Below, piece after piece: positions 9,799-19,987 of a stretch of 47,686 bases of DNA (position 1 is its first letter; each line of letters opens with the position of its first letter). The notes beneath the pieces are model-generated. The model was not told the origin of the DNA. It made no database searches and saw only the letters and a program-made list of their open reading frames with translations. The stretch is from a virus. Made by a program: the position numbers and the translations under genes. The DNA is taken from UHGV virus genome UHGV-0172104, one strand, 5' to 3'.

Positions 9799-10146
9799 CT
9801 AACTCCTCCTTTTTTCAATATTTGCTTCTAAGTATTTTCCCGTATAGTTTGGAATATCGCTATACGTATCTGTAGGTTCTTCGTCAATATTAAAACCATT
9901 ATTTTCTAGCAGTTCAACTGCCTTATTCATTGCTATATCAACAATTTTTATATCATCACTAAAAAACTGTATCTGATAATAATAAGTAACTGAATGATGT
10001 TTATTGTCATAATGTTCATTACGTGGACTATCCCAATTCCAATATGTAAAAAATTCTCTTGGACATTCTTCATCTGCTTCTATTGTTCCTTGCTTGATAA
10101 CCTCATATCCAACTTTTTCAAGTGTCTCTATTAATAACTCGTCCAT
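9799..10146 (-). CDS. Tail terminator/completion protein
   Basis: Synteny, size, 'LENNGF' motif. Confidence 0.6.
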   Translation of the reverse strand: MDELLIETLEKVGYEVIKQGTIEADEECPREFFTYWNWDSPRNEHYDNKHHSVTYYYQIQFFSDDIKIVDIAMNKAVELLENNGFNIDEEPTDTYSDIPNYTGKYLEANIEKRRS

Positions 10147-10590
10147 TCAATCACCTCGCATTGCCTTTGAAATTGCTTCAAGGATAACATCTTGCTGAAT
10201 CTCTGCAACTTTTTCTTTTGTCTTATTTCCTTCTAAAAGTGTTTTAAGTCCTTTTACTGCTCCACCTTTTCCGCCTCTAATGAGAAAAATTGGAACAGGT
10301 GAATTATCTAGATTAAACCCAACATCAACAGTGCAAGTTTTCCCTGTCCATTGAATATTAGGTTCTCTAATAATCTGTTTTATTGAATGTTCTCTATCTT
10401 TTGTTGCGTATTTACCATGCGCAGGCAAATTTGCTTTATCAAGTTTCTTTTCTATCAATGGTGTTATATATTCATGTGATTTAGTTAATGCTTCTTCCGT
10501 TGCTTCTTTAACATTCCCATCAACATTTTTTAAATCATCTAACATGCTATTTACTTCTTCAAAATCTATGCTGAACTTATGAGTAGGCAT
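10147..10590 (-). CDS. HK97 gp10-like neck/tail protein
   Basis: Synteny and size. Confidence 0.55.
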   Translation of the reverse strand: MPTHKFSIDFEEVNSMLDDLKNVDGNVKEATEEALTKSHEYITPLIEKKLDKANLPAHGKYATKDREHSIKQIIREPNIQWTGKTCTVDVGFNLDNSPVPIFLIRGGKGGAVKGLKTLLEGNKTKEKVAEIQQDVILEAISKAMRGD

Positions 10591-10591
10591 A

Positions 10592-10951
10592 TTACATTTT
10601 TCCTTTTATTCTCTGAACCTTAAATTTAAGATATTGGTTTTTCATTTCAATATTTTCTGGTTCGTTTAGAATTTCAAAGAATGCTCCATCACTCATTCTT
10701 TTTAATCTGCAATCGCTTTGAATGTCTGGTCTAAACCATGTGATAACATTTGCAGTATCATATATAACATATCTTCCATTAACATCTTTTTCAGTACCTC
10801 CATAAGTTTTAAAACTACAATAGATCAAGTCTTTTTCTGCATATGATTTAGGTTGCATAACTCCTTTAACCTTCTCATATTCACTAACTACAAATAATTT
10901 AAAAGGTACTTTCATGTCTCTTGCTTCTATAGGTCTATACATCTTCTTCAC
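10592..10951 (-). CDS. Head closure / head-tail adaptor
   Basis: 'WFRPDI...RL...FEI...ENIE' pattern and synteny. Confidence 0.75.
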   Translation of the reverse strand: MKKMYRPIEARDMKVPFKLFVVSEYEKVKGVMQPKSYAEKDLIYCSFKTYGGTEKDVNGRYVIYDTANVITWFRPDIQSDCRLKRMSDGAFFEILNEPENIEMKNQYLKFKVQRIKGKM

Positions 10952-11213
10952 CTGCTCTTAATTGCACAATTCGTTCCTTAAAATAAGGAGATAGACCTGT
11001 AGAACCACTTCCATAATCCCACAAGTCGCTAACTCCACGTATGATAACTCCGACAGAACTATTACTATTAATAATTGCATCAGAAACACCTGCTCCACGC
11101 ATGAAGTCTTCCACTTCATTAATATAGATAAGCAATGTATCATCTTGATAATCGCCTGTTATTCCTAATCCTTTTTTAACTTTCATTAATAGTTCATCAT
11201 TCATTGTTATCAC
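10935..11213 (-). CDS. Head-tail connector (gp6-like)
   Basis: 'VKKGLGI..DYQDDTL' motif directly after the capsid gene. Confidence 0.8.
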   Translation of the reverse strand: MITMNDELLMKVKKGLGITGDYQDDTLLIYINEVEDFMRGAGVSDAIINSNSSVGVIIRGVSDLWDYGSGSTGLSPYFKERIVQLRAGEEDV

Positions 11214-11228
11214 CTACCTTTTTATTTA

Positions 11229-12557
11229 TTAAATTGATGGATCTCCTTTTTTAATTCTCATAAATCCACGATATGCTGTAGTGTTACCACCTGCGAAAAC
11301 AACACCCTTATATGCAATCATTCCGTTCTTGAATTTATAATCATAAGATTTCTTAATTTCAACAGGTGAGAAAATAGCAGTTTCATAATACATAGGAATT
11401 CCGTAAATCATGCAATATTCATCTTTATCAGCCTTTTCTAATGCTTTTAAATTTGAATTGATAATATAAGGAACTGTATTAATTGTCTGATTTGCTAAAT
11501 CAATCTTATATGCATGTTCACCGATTTCATTTTTAACTAATGAGAATGCTAATAGGTCTGCTTTATTTAAAATTAATACACCTTTCTGTTCAACTTCTTC
11601 ATCTCCTCCATAAGAGAAAATAATCTTATTTAATGTATCCTGGTCAATCTTAGAGATTGCTAAATCATCAGATGCTAATACGGCAGTATTATCAGCAACT
11701 TTTGATGTAATACCGATAAATGTATTAGAAGTTCCTTCTCCTGCAATCTGCTGTTCTGCCATCTTCTTCTTTAATGCAATTTCAATACCTTTTCTAATTT
11801 CTGCTTCATAATCTGCGTTAGGAAGTTTTTCTAATTCTTCGCTATATTCTGCATATGCAGTAATCTTAACTTTATTAACTTTTGCATGTCCAAAAGTTGT
11901 TTCTGCTTCTGTATATTCTGCACCTTCTGCTGTTGTTCCACCTTCTCCATAAGATTTAGTAAATGGTGCTTCGTATGATTCGCCACCCTGTAGATTTCTG
12001 ATTTTTGTTAAATCAACGAATGAAGAAACCTGTCTAAATGGTGCAGTTGCTAAATCGCTTGATTGATATGATGGTAATAGAATATCGCTTGCAACTGTGA
12101 TTGATCTACCTTCTTTTAATGCTTTTCCTCTTTCTTCTCTATCTTTGATAGATAATTCACGTTTTGTCTTATCCATCTTTTTTCCTCCTTCTATTTCTGT
12201 ACTTGATAATTTTCTAATGTTTGTTTCATCAATCTTAACCCAATTGTTTGAACGCTTTACATCATCAGATGTTGGTTCATCTTCGTCTTTCTTTGGGTCT
12301 TCTGTAGGGTCTTTCTTATCATCTTCTGCTCTTTTTCCTTCTTCTGTAGGCTCATTTGTTGGGTCATCTTCTGGTTCATTTTCAATTGCCTGTAACTGTG
12401 CTTCTGCATCAGCAATTTCCTGCGCAATTGTTTTTAAAGTTTCACCAATTCCACGAATTTCTTTTACATCTTCACTTTCATCAATTCTTTTATATAACTT
12501 ATCTCTTTCATCTTTTTTAGAACGAATAAGTTTTTCTAAATATTCTTTAATGTTCAT
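11229..12557 (-). CDS. HK97-fold major capsid protein with N-terminal scaffold region
   Basis: Follows prohead protease; coiled-coil/acidic N-terminus; capsid-like C-terminal region. Confidence 0.9.
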   Translation of the reverse strand: MNIKEYLEKLIRSKKDERDKLYKRIDESEDVKEIRGIGETLKTIAQEIADAEAQLQAIENEPEDDPTNEPTEEGKRAEDDKKDPTEDPKKDEDEPTSDDVKRSNNWVKIDETNIRKLSSTEIEGGKKMDKTKRELSIKDREERGKALKEGRSITVASDILLPSYQSSDLATAPFRQVSSFVDLTKIRNLQGGESYEAPFTKSYGEGGTTAEGAEYTEAETTFGHAKVNKVKITAYAEYSEELEKLPNADYEAEIRKGIEIALKKKMAEQQIAGEGTSNTFIGITSKVADNTAVLASDDLAISKIDQDTLNKIIFSYGGDEEVEQKGVLILNKADLLAFSLVKNEIGEHAYKIDLANQTINTVPYIINSNLKALEKADKDEYCMIYGIPMYYETAIFSPVEIKKSYDYKFKNGMIAYKGVVFAGGNTTAYRGFMRIKKGDPSI

Positions 12558-13213
12558 TACATAAATCCTCCTTTAATTTTTGCTTTTAATCTTTCTAATT
12601 TAACATTCTCCAATGTTTTCTTGTCATTCTCCAATGACTTGCTACGGTTCAGTTCAGTCTCCACTATCTTCCTACTACGTGCATATATAGAAGTTCCGTC
12701 ATACGCAGGTACATCTACCACTGCGCAATCCCAAACCTTCTTTATCTTTGTGATATATCTTTTTATAGGCTTTGTGTTTTGGTCTAAATCGTGTTCCTCA
12801 ACAGTAAAGCAAAAAGACATCTTATCTAATAATCCTGCTTTAATGCATTTATAAATATCTACATTATCAGTTGTATCTATTAATTCTGCTCTTATGAATA
12901 ATCCTTTTTCATCAACGGTGCATTTAAGGCTACCGTTTCTTGTTCTTGCTAGAATACCTTTTGCATCTCCATGATTATACTTGAGACAGCAATCTGTAAA
13001 GTCTGCATCATCAAACGCACCTTTTCTAATAACTTCTATATAAGTAAGGTCATAATCTTCAATTAAAGTTTCTTCGTCAAATACACTTGCATAACCTTCA
13101 ACAATCATTTTCTTTGTTCCGTCATCGTTGGTTGTTTCATCTGCTCTAATTTCTTTTATTCGCATTTCCTTATTTTCTTTAAGACTTTTATAATCTGTCT
13201 TTAACTTACTCAT
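12557..13213 (-). CDS. HK97-family prohead protease
   Basis: 'EGYASVF', 'NH', 'LART', 'MSF', 'PAY' motifs. Confidence 0.92.
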   Translation of the reverse strand: MSKLKTDYKSLKENKEMRIKEIRADETTNDDGTKKMIVEGYASVFDEETLIEDYDLTYIEVIRKGAFDDADFTDCCLKYNHGDAKGILARTRNGSLKCTVDEKGLFIRAELIDTTDNVDIYKCIKAGLLDKMSFCFTVEEHDLDQNTKPIKRYITKIKKVWDCAVVDVPAYDGTSIYARSRKIVETELNRSKSLENDKKTLENVKLERLKAKIKGGFM

Positions 13214-13235
13214 ACGCTCACCACCTTTTTTATAT

Positions 13236-13272
13236 AAAAAATGAACCTATCAACTTAATGTGATAGGCTCAT
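13236..13272 (-). terminator. Intrinsic terminator upstream of the protease and capsid genes
   Basis: ATGAGCCTATCA-8 nt-TGATAGGTTCAT followed by a T run. Confidence 0.7.
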
Positions 13273-13404
13273 AGGCTCATTTATATTAATAATAGTCTTG
13301 CATTTCTTGCATTTTAATTGAATGCCCCTTGCAATGAAATCATTACTTACTTTAAATAATTTCTGTCTGCATTTAGGGCAACAATACCACCCATTAATAA
13401 TCAT
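13255..13404 (-). CDS. 49-aa Com-like zinc-ribbon protein (not in the ORF track)
   Basis: MIINGWYCCPKCRQKLFKVSNDFIARGIQLKCKKCKTIININEPMSLSH; two CxxC motifs; GAGGT RBS; upstream TTCAAA-17-TATAAT. Confidence 0.75.
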   Translation of the reverse strand: MIINGWYCCPKCRQKLFKVSNDFIARGIQLKCKKCKTIININEPMSLSH

Positions 13405-13461
13405 TATAATACCTCATTTACACCTTAATTATATCATGTTTTTTATATACTTTGAAAACTT

Positions 13462-14709
13462 TTATTCACTATTTGAACCACTATCATTCTGATTATTCTG
13501 CTCCCCTACTTGATACTTTGAAGCATCTTTTGTTTTGATGTAGTTCAATGACATAAAACGCTCGTCTCCTCCTTCATAAGGTTGTTCTCCAAACCAACTT
13601 AATACCTGGTTGTTAGTTACACCACCAACTGGCAATAATAGTTCTGCAAGTTTTAGTTTCTTATCTGCACTCATCATCTGTATTTCACTTGTATAACATA
13701 AAATGCTATTTCCGTTTTTTCTTGCGAATGGTGTAAGCATTACTCTTTCAATTGCCTGTCCTAAACTGATTGCACCACTTTCAATTACAGTTTCATAGAA
13801 TGCTTCTTTATCTTCGCTTGTATATTTTCCGTTTAATATTTCTTCACTAACTCCATAATGTCTTCTGATTTTATCATCAAAGAATTTTAGTAAGTCTTTG
13901 TTTACACTTCTTCCATAGAAAGGGATAGGAGTATAATCAGTTCCTTGATCTAAGACAACAAAACCGTTCTTATCATCATTTAATTTTTTTTCAAATTCTT
14001 CTCTTTCTTTTTCAAGTTTATCTTTTCCAATTAAACCAGACATTCTAAATATTCCAGTTACTTTCAACGAACCCTCTATTGACTTAAATGTTGCTTGTAT
14101 CATCTTATCGTTAGTTTGTAAGTGTTTGAGAAGTGTTGTATTATTTGCAGTTCCATTTATATCTCCACCCATGTATTCATTTTCTCCAAACTCTTTTCGC
14201 CAATGAATAATTTCATCATATCTTAATTTTCCACTATGATTTCCATTTTTAAAAGTAAAGTCAACATATATGATACCTAAATCATCTTCAAAGAAATCAA
14301 CTCTAACAGGGTTTAAAGGATATAAGGATTTATATACCTTCTTAGTTCTTCCATTCGTAGGATTATAATAAAGGTCATAAGTAGGATAAATAAAACAGTT
14401 CTTATAAGTCTCTCTTAACCATGTGCATTTTCTCAAGAAATCGCTTTGTGTCATAAGATTGTTTGGATTCTGTAAAACCTCATTGATATTATTATCAGTA
14501 ACTTTTACTTCTTTTCCATTAACTATTCTTATATGTCTAGGCTTCAATTTTGAATATTCATCTAGGATTCTATTTGTTATTGTAAAGACGGTTTCATCAT
14601 TCATTATGTTATCTCCAAATTGAGAGAATGACGGTGTTCCGCTAGTACTGCTCGCCCATGTAAAAGATTTGTTTATTGCATATTTTGCTAGTTTATCAAT
14701 TAATCCCAC
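13462..14709 (-). CDS. Portal protein (HK97 type)
   Basis: Follows TerL; 'PNNLMT', 'IIHWR', 'GGDE' motifs. Confidence 0.9.
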   Translation of the reverse strand: MGLIDKLAKYAINKSFTWASSTSGTPSFSQFGDNIMNDETVFTITNRILDEYSKLKPRHIRIVNGKEVKVTDNNINEVLQNPNNLMTQSDFLRKCTWLRETYKNCFIYPTYDLYYNPTNGRTKKVYKSLYPLNPVRVDFFEDDLGIIYVDFTFKNGNHSGKLRYDEIIHWRKEFGENEYMGGDINGTANNTTLLKHLQTNDKMIQATFKSIEGSLKVTGIFRMSGLIGKDKLEKEREEFEKKLNDDKNGFVVLDQGTDYTPIPFYGRSVNKDLLKFFDDKIRRHYGVSEEILNGKYTSEDKEAFYETVIESGAISLGQAIERVMLTPFARKNGNSILCYTSEIQMMSADKKLKLAELLLPVGGVTNNQVLSWFGEQPYEGGDERFMSLNYIKTKDASKYQVGEQNNQNDSGSNSE

Positions 14710-16457
14710 TATTCAACACCTCCATTATATTCGTTGACATGCTTCATGTATTCATTTTCATATCTGTATAATATCGCATAGGTATCTATGCAAGCACTAG
14801 TTCCATCAATTCTCATTTCTGTTTTCATTTTAGCAGGCAATATCAATTCATTGTTATCCATTTCAAAAGTTGTATTTTTGAAGCACCACAAGTCAACCTC
14901 ATTAAGTCCTTGAATATATTGGGATTTCAAGTCTGCTTCAAGATGTTTCATTGGAGTACTCATGACATATTTATTCTGATTTATCATTTCACAAGTTTCA
15001 CCTTTTTTATAGCCGTATCCAATTTCCTTCATAGCATTTAAAAAATCATTTGCAAAACGTTGGTCATATCCTAATTTAAATATTCTAATATTGTATTGCT
15101 CGAATACTTTTAAATACCATTCAGCAACTTTTGAAAGTGAAACTCTATTTCCTTCATGCACTTCAATGAATCCTCTTTGCGCCCACTCTCTATATCTTGC
15201 ACCGCCATTTTTATCGCTATCCAATTTGCTTTCGGGAATGAAATATTTATTATAGAAATATTTATGCTCGTCATTAGGTCTCATAAACATCATAGTGACA
15301 CAAGTTAAATCTGATGTTTGCGATAAATCTGCTCCTGCTATTGCTACGCAGTTTTTAAAGTCCTCAAGTGAATAAATGTTTTGAGGGTAAAAGCAATCAT
15401 CTTGTAGCCATGCTTCTGCACTGTTCTGTTTGATATTAAAATCTTTACATAGCATATGCACTTTTGAAGACTTTGATAACTTAGCCTTAATCATATTCTT
15501 TTCAATGAATGACCATTTCTTTACTCCATAAATTAAAGATGGATTTGATTTGCACCAACTCCATTTATCTTGGAATATTTCTTGTGTTGAATCTTGAGTA
15601 AATAACCATGGCAAGAAATGTTCATCATCTATTTCATCATTCAAAACACCTCTAGCATATTCTAATTTTTCATCAAGCAGACCATCATTAACAAATCCTT
15701 CTGTTGTACTTGTTATCAGTAATGGGTTATCTTTAATGGACATACTTTCCCAACATGCCATAAATATTTCGTTCGTCTTGCTATCATGCATTTCATCATA
15801 GTAGCATTTATCAATATTTCTACCATCTTTATTCTGCGTCTTTTCACTCATTTTAAATATTGTGATGTTCTTTATATCGTTTCTTATTTCCGCTAAATTC
15901 TGCCTTGTGAGTTCATTTTTTGTATCAAGCCTTCCTCTCATACCTCCGATTTCTTTCCATATAAGAGAAGCCTGTTTATCATCGTTTGAAGCACATACAA
16001 TATCCTCACCACCACTTCCAAGAAATAAATCAAAATTTCCATCACTTGCAAGGTCTGTTGACTTTCCGTTTTTTCTTCCTACTAGTTCAAGGACTTCATT
16101 AAATCTCCTTATTCCTGTATCTGCCATCTTAAAACTATATACAACTTCCCAAAATGCTTTTTGCTGTAGCATTAAACTCATAGCCTTCATAAAGAAAGGC
16201 TTTTTTCCTTGAAAGCAACACGTTTCCTTGAATCTAATTCTTTTTTCACTTTCTTTTGTATCATAGATATATTTAGGATTTGAAATGTCTTCAACTAATT
16301 TATCTATTTCTTTTCGCATTTCCATTCCTACTATTAAAGGTGTTTTGATGTATTCATCTTTTTCCTCATTGTATAAATCAATATATCCTTTGTTTATGCA
16401 ATCTTGATAGGTTTCCAACCATGTTTCTTTTGTCTTGAGATATAAAGGTTTACTCAA
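14709..16457 (-). CDS. terL: Terminase large subunit
   Basis: Walker A 'GRKNGKS', Walker B 'YYDE', nuclease 'GADLS', 'RIDG'. Confidence 0.95.
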   Translation of the reverse strand: MSKPLYLKTKETWLETYQDCINKGYIDLYNEEKDEYIKTPLIVGMEMRKEIDKLVEDISNPKYIYDTKESEKRIRFKETCCFQGKKPFFMKAMSLMLQQKAFWEVVYSFKMADTGIRRFNEVLELVGRKNGKSTDLASDGNFDLFLGSGGEDIVCASNDDKQASLIWKEIGGMRGRLDTKNELTRQNLAEIRNDIKNITIFKMSEKTQNKDGRNIDKCYYDEMHDSKTNEIFMACWESMSIKDNPLLITSTTEGFVNDGLLDEKLEYARGVLNDEIDDEHFLPWLFTQDSTQEIFQDKWSWCKSNPSLIYGVKKWSFIEKNMIKAKLSKSSKVHMLCKDFNIKQNSAEAWLQDDCFYPQNIYSLEDFKNCVAIAGADLSQTSDLTCVTMMFMRPNDEHKYFYNKYFIPESKLDSDKNGGARYREWAQRGFIEVHEGNRVSLSKVAEWYLKVFEQYNIRIFKLGYDQRFANDFLNAMKEIGYGYKKGETCEMINQNKYVMSTPMKHLEADLKSQYIQGLNEVDLWCFKNTTFEMDNNELILPAKMKTEMRIDGTSACIDTYAILYRYENEYMKHVNEYNGGVE

Positions 16458-16773
16458 ACTGTTTTAGCATCTCCATCAATGGACTATCTTCCTTAACATC
16501 AAACTTTCCTAAAGTTGATAGTATAATTTTAATCTTGCTATCATGTCTTTGGGATAAATCTGAATATTCCTTAGAAAGATATTTTTTTTGTTCTGCTTTT
16601 GACTTGCTAGTTGGAATACCTATTTTCAATAATGCTTCTTTAGTCTTTTCTATTTGCTCCTGTTCAAAAAGAAAATCGGGTATCATACTTGATAAAACTT
16701 CCTTCTTTCCATCATCTAAGTTGTTAAATATACTTTTTAACTGCTCTTCTGTCATATCATCACACCTTTTCAC
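16450..16773 (-). CDS. Terminase small subunit (putative)
   Basis: Small helical ORF overlapping the TerL start. Confidence 0.6.
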   Translation of the reverse strand: MKRCDDMTEEQLKSIFNNLDDGKKEVLSSMIPDFLFEQEQIEKTKEALLKIGIPTSKSKAEQKKYLSKEYSDLSQRHDSKIKIILSTLGKFDVKEDSPLMEMLKQFE

Positions 16774-16973
16774 ACCTTTTTTACACTTTTTTAGTGTATT
16801 TTACATAATTTTTGATAATTTTATATGATTTTCATTTTTTTAGGGTTTTTATTCTTGAAAAGTTTGAAAAATTGGCTTGTGTAGAAAACGTGACCCCATC
16901 ACACTTACTTTAGAACCAAAATTCAATTTTTGAATTTGGGGGATATCTATATTCTTTTCAAGAAATCATATAA

Positions 16974-17105
16974 TTATCTTTCCTCAATATTTATTCTTTT
17001 CTTTACTGCGTATTCTTTCTTATGTCTCTTCTTCTTTACATCTTCATAGTCTTTATACTCCTCTTTCTTTTTCCTCTTCTTATTCTTCATAGGTATTCTA
17101 TTCAT
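16974..17105 (-). CDS. 43-aa very basic peptide
   Basis: GGAGGT RBS; MNRIPMKNKKRKKKEEYKDYEDVKKKRHKKEYAVKKRINIEER. Confidence 0.5.
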   Translation of the reverse strand: MNRIPMKNKKRKKKEEYKDYEDVKKKRHKKEYAVKKRINIEER

Positions 17106-17270
17106 ATGTATACCTCCTTATATCCTTGTATACACTAAAGAACTATCAAGCGAAAGGATTAGTCTTAATAGTTCTCTACTAAATACAAAATAGGACTTAC
17201 ATATTAAACTTAGAAATTATAAGAAAGGAGAATATCATAATATGTTTAATAATGCCTATTATCTATAATA

Positions 17271-17966
17271 CTATGATTGATACTTATTAGCATAATCATT
17301 TATATACTTTTCCCACTCCTCGATGTTTCTTCCTTGTGGGTTTTCATATAATCTTTTTAAACATTCATCTTTTGGAGTATCAATGTGGATAACTTCATCC
17401 ACTCCTAATTTATCAATTAGCCTTTGTCTTTCCATAACGTAAGGACATGTAGTAATTACCCATGCATTAAACCATGAACCTCTTCTAGTTTTGATTATCT
17501 CATATAAGGAACGTTTAATATCAAACACTGGTTCTTTCAATCTATTAGGCTTGATGTATCTTTCATTTAAAGAAATCATCTGCCATATTGAATCTATATC
17601 GCATACTATATCATCTATCCTTTTATTCTCTTTTACAAACGTTGTCTTTCCACTGCATGAATTGCCATGTACTAGTATAACTTTGCTTTGGTAGAATCCG
17701 AACCTTTCATGTATCTCATTATGTGACTTGTGCGATACAATCATAATGTTATCTGGATTCAATGAGATATTAGGATCATTAACATTTGTTAGGTTTAACT
17801 CTATCTTATGATGAAATACCATGTCATACTTTCTATATATTGGTTTTCCAGTATACTCGTCAATAATATCACCATTCTCATTTATTCGTTGTGATATTAT
17901 AAATTTCTTTAGGTTGTTCCATTCCTTACTAGAATAGAATTGATTTAAATTAGTGAAGTATCTCAT
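17271..17966 (-). CDS. HNH endonuclease fused to a P-loop (AAA/kinase-like) domain, probably packaging-associated
   Basis: 'FYSSKEW...HHKIEL...HNEIH' then 'GNSCSGKTT'; upstream of TerS. Confidence 0.8.
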   Translation of the reverse strand: MRYFTNLNQFYSSKEWNNLKKFIISQRINENGDIIDEYTGKPIYRKYDMVFHHKIELNLTNVNDPNISLNPDNIMIVSHKSHNEIHERFGFYQSKVILVHGNSCSGKTTFVKENKRIDDIVCDIDSIWQMISLNERYIKPNRLKEPVFDIKRSLYEIIKTRRGSWFNAWVITTCPYVMERQRLIDKLGVDEVIHIDTPKDECLKRLYENPQGRNIEEWEKYINDYANKYQS

Positions 17967-18007
17967 ATGCTACTTTTTATCCTTAATTTGCTACTATTTT
18001 TTTTAAA

Positions 18008-18883
18008 CTACATCTTAGTTCCTTTTAATAACCAATCCCATGTATTTCTTCCAACAATTCCATCTTGCTTCAATCCTCTATTCTTCTGGAACACTTTAAC
18101 AGCATTTTCAGTATCACCGCCAAATATTCCATCAGTTGAAAGACTGAAGCCAACGCTGTTCAATCTTTCTTGAATTAATCTTGTGATGTTTCCTTTTGCT
18201 CCTCTTCGTACTGTAACACAAGAGTCTAAAGTCTTAGGACCTCTTAAACCATCAACGTCCAAACCTTTATCAAACTGATCATTTAATTCTGTTTGTAAAT
18301 GTGCTACCCATTTATCATATCCATTTGTATTATGGCTTGTTGATGGTTTAGTTGTTTCAACGTTTTCATTTACGCTATTATTTAAAATTCCTTCTACAAT
18401 TGCCTTTGCACACTTATCATAGTTCCACTTTGCTTTATCTGTTGAATTATCTACAAAACAACATTCAATTAATAAACTTGGACTTTTTGTCTTTCTCAAT
18501 ACATACAGATTAGTTCTTTCCTTAACTCCTCTATTTCTGATACCTAATGCACTAGAAATCTTTTCTGCAATTCTAGTTGCTTCATCTTTTGCTTTTGATT
18601 TACTGTTATAAATATAAACTTCTGTTCCTGTTCCACCTCCTGCGTTTAGATGAATAGATACATCTAAATCAACAGAATGTGAATTACATTTATTAACGAT
18701 TGCTTTTAGATTTGCATTTTGTGTTGCTCCGTTATCATCAGTGCAATCATAAACAGTATGCCCATTTGCACGTAGCAATTCAATTACTCTATTCTTTACT
18801 TTTCTATCTTCATTTACTTCATCAAGATAACCACTAGCACCACGGCATTTTAAAGAATGTCCACCATGAACGTTAATCCTCAT
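18008..18883 (-). CDS. Endolysin: N-acetylmuramoyl-L-alanine amidase (Amidase_3) with peptidoglycan-binding domains
   Basis: 'GGH', 'E', 'SIHLNA', 'LIECCFVD'; C-terminal 'DGIFG..T', 'FQK..GL..DGIVG'. Confidence 0.92.
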   Translation of the reverse strand: MRINVHGGHSLKCRGASGYLDEVNEDRKVKNRVIELLRANGHTVYDCTDDNGATQNANLKAIVNKCNSHSVDLDVSIHLNAGGGTGTEVYIYNSKSKAKDEATRIAEKISSALGIRNRGVKERTNLYVLRKTKSPSLLIECCFVDNSTDKAKWNYDKCAKAIVEGILNNSVNENVETTKPSTSHNTNGYDKWVAHLQTELNDQFDKGLDVDGLRGPKTLDSCVTVRRGAKGNITRLIQERLNSVGFSLSTDGIFGGDTENAVKVFQKNRGLKQDGIVGRNTWDWLLKGTKM

Positions 18884-18899
18884 ATTCTATACCTTCTTT

Positions 18900-19145
18900 C
18901 TATAATTCGATTCCTTCAATTTCTGCCCTAATTTTTAGAGTACGAATATAATTTCCTAAATACTTCTTTTGTTCTTTTAATAATTCAAGTGAGCATTTAG
19001 GAGTAAATGTAAGTGTATTTGCTTCATACTTAACTGTCATAGCATCTAACTTATCATATCTAATTTTTGCTTGCCAATACTCTGCTTTAAATCTTTCTTT
19101 ATAATCTTCACTAGTCATAAGTTCAATAGTATCTTTTAATTCCAT
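18900..19145 (-). CDS. Conserved phage protein (crAss001_48-like)
   Basis: 'DYKERFKAEY.Q.KIRY.KL' motif recognised from memory. Confidence 0.65.
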   Translation of the reverse strand: MELKDTIELMTSEDYKERFKAEYWQAKIRYDKLDAMTVKYEANTLTFTPKCSLELLKEQKKYLGNYIRTLKIRAEIEGIEL

Positions 19146-19148
19146 TGT

Positions 19149-19391
19149 TTAAACCTCCACTTTGATGCATCTATTTTCTAATTTTTTGTATGCATCTAAA
19201 TATAGTTCCTTCTTATCTCCGTTATAAGTTGCTTCAAAATATAATCCATCTGGTCTATCAGTTGATAAAAGTGCTTTATTATTTTGAAGTGTTTTACAAT
19301 TCCAAACTACATATACTCCATAATTATATGGTTCTCCTACATAATCTCGCACCGCTTCAATAGCAATATTTAGAAATTTATCCGTTCCCAT
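19149..19391 (-). CDS. DUF6275-like phage protein
   Basis: 'VVW.CKTLQNNKALLST...Y.E.TYNGDK.ELYLDAYKK' motif. Confidence 0.7.
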   Translation of the reverse strand: MGTDKFLNIAIEAVRDYVGEPYNYGVYVVWNCKTLQNNKALLSTDRPDGLYFEATYNGDKKELYLDAYKKLENRCIKVEV

Positions 19392-19405
19392 TATTATTCT
19401 CCTAT

Positions 19406-19627
19406 TTATGACTTTTTAGGTCTGCCACGCTTTGGCTTTGATTCTTCAACATTTTCTTCTTCAATATTCGGTTTTTCTTCTTCTACAAAATTACAAAATG
19501 TTTTTCCATCATATGTTGATGTTGTTAAAACCTTTGCTCTTTCTTCATCTACTTCAATAACTTCATCTTTTTCAACGATTCTATTTAATAATAAATCTTT
19601 GTATTGAAAATTTGCTTTTACTTTCAT
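19406..19627 (-). CDS. Small hypothetical protein with basic C-terminal tail
   Basis: 73 aa ORF with RBS, ending KRGRPKKS. Confidence 0.65.
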   Translation of the reverse strand: MKVKANFQYKDLLLNRIVEKDEVIEVDEERAKVLTTSTYDGKTFCNFVEEEKPNIEEENVEESKPKRGRPKKS

Positions 19628-19638
19628 TTTATATCTCC

Positions 19639-19965
19639 TTATACATTTGTAGCCTTAGTTACAACAAAATGAACTTTACAATTTTTTTCGATTGCTTTAG
19701 TCAATGTTATTGTTGTGTTATTTGTGTTTGTATACTCTGTATTATCTAATCTCATTCCATTAATGTATACTTCCAAAATATCTGAACCATATCTATATTG
19801 AGAAATATTAATAGGAATAGTGCTTACATTTCCCGTTGCGGTATAAGTTGACTTATATTGCTTTAAATTAATGATATAGTCATGAGTATGATTTTTTAAT
19901 GCGAATGTATTTTTTAAGATATTCCAAAGATGTGTTAATCCTGTTTCATTTAGGTATTTTGACAT
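19639..19965 (-). CDS. Virion fibre/appendage protein
   Basis: N-terminal 'KYLNETGLTHLW'; C-terminal domain resembles an internal segment of the 1648-3258 protein. Confidence 0.6.
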   Translation of the reverse strand: MSKYLNETGLTHLWNILKNTFALKNHTHDYIINLKQYKSTYTATGNVSTIPINISQYRYGSDILEVYINGMRLDNTEYTNTNNTTITLTKAIEKNCKVHFVVTKATNV

Positions 19966-19987
19966 TTATTCCTCACCTACTTATTTT

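Noticed and set aside
12240..12400. Acidic low-complexity segment of the capsid gene as an intein or insertion
   Set aside because: No intein motifs; it fits a cleavable scaffold linker of HK97-type capsids.
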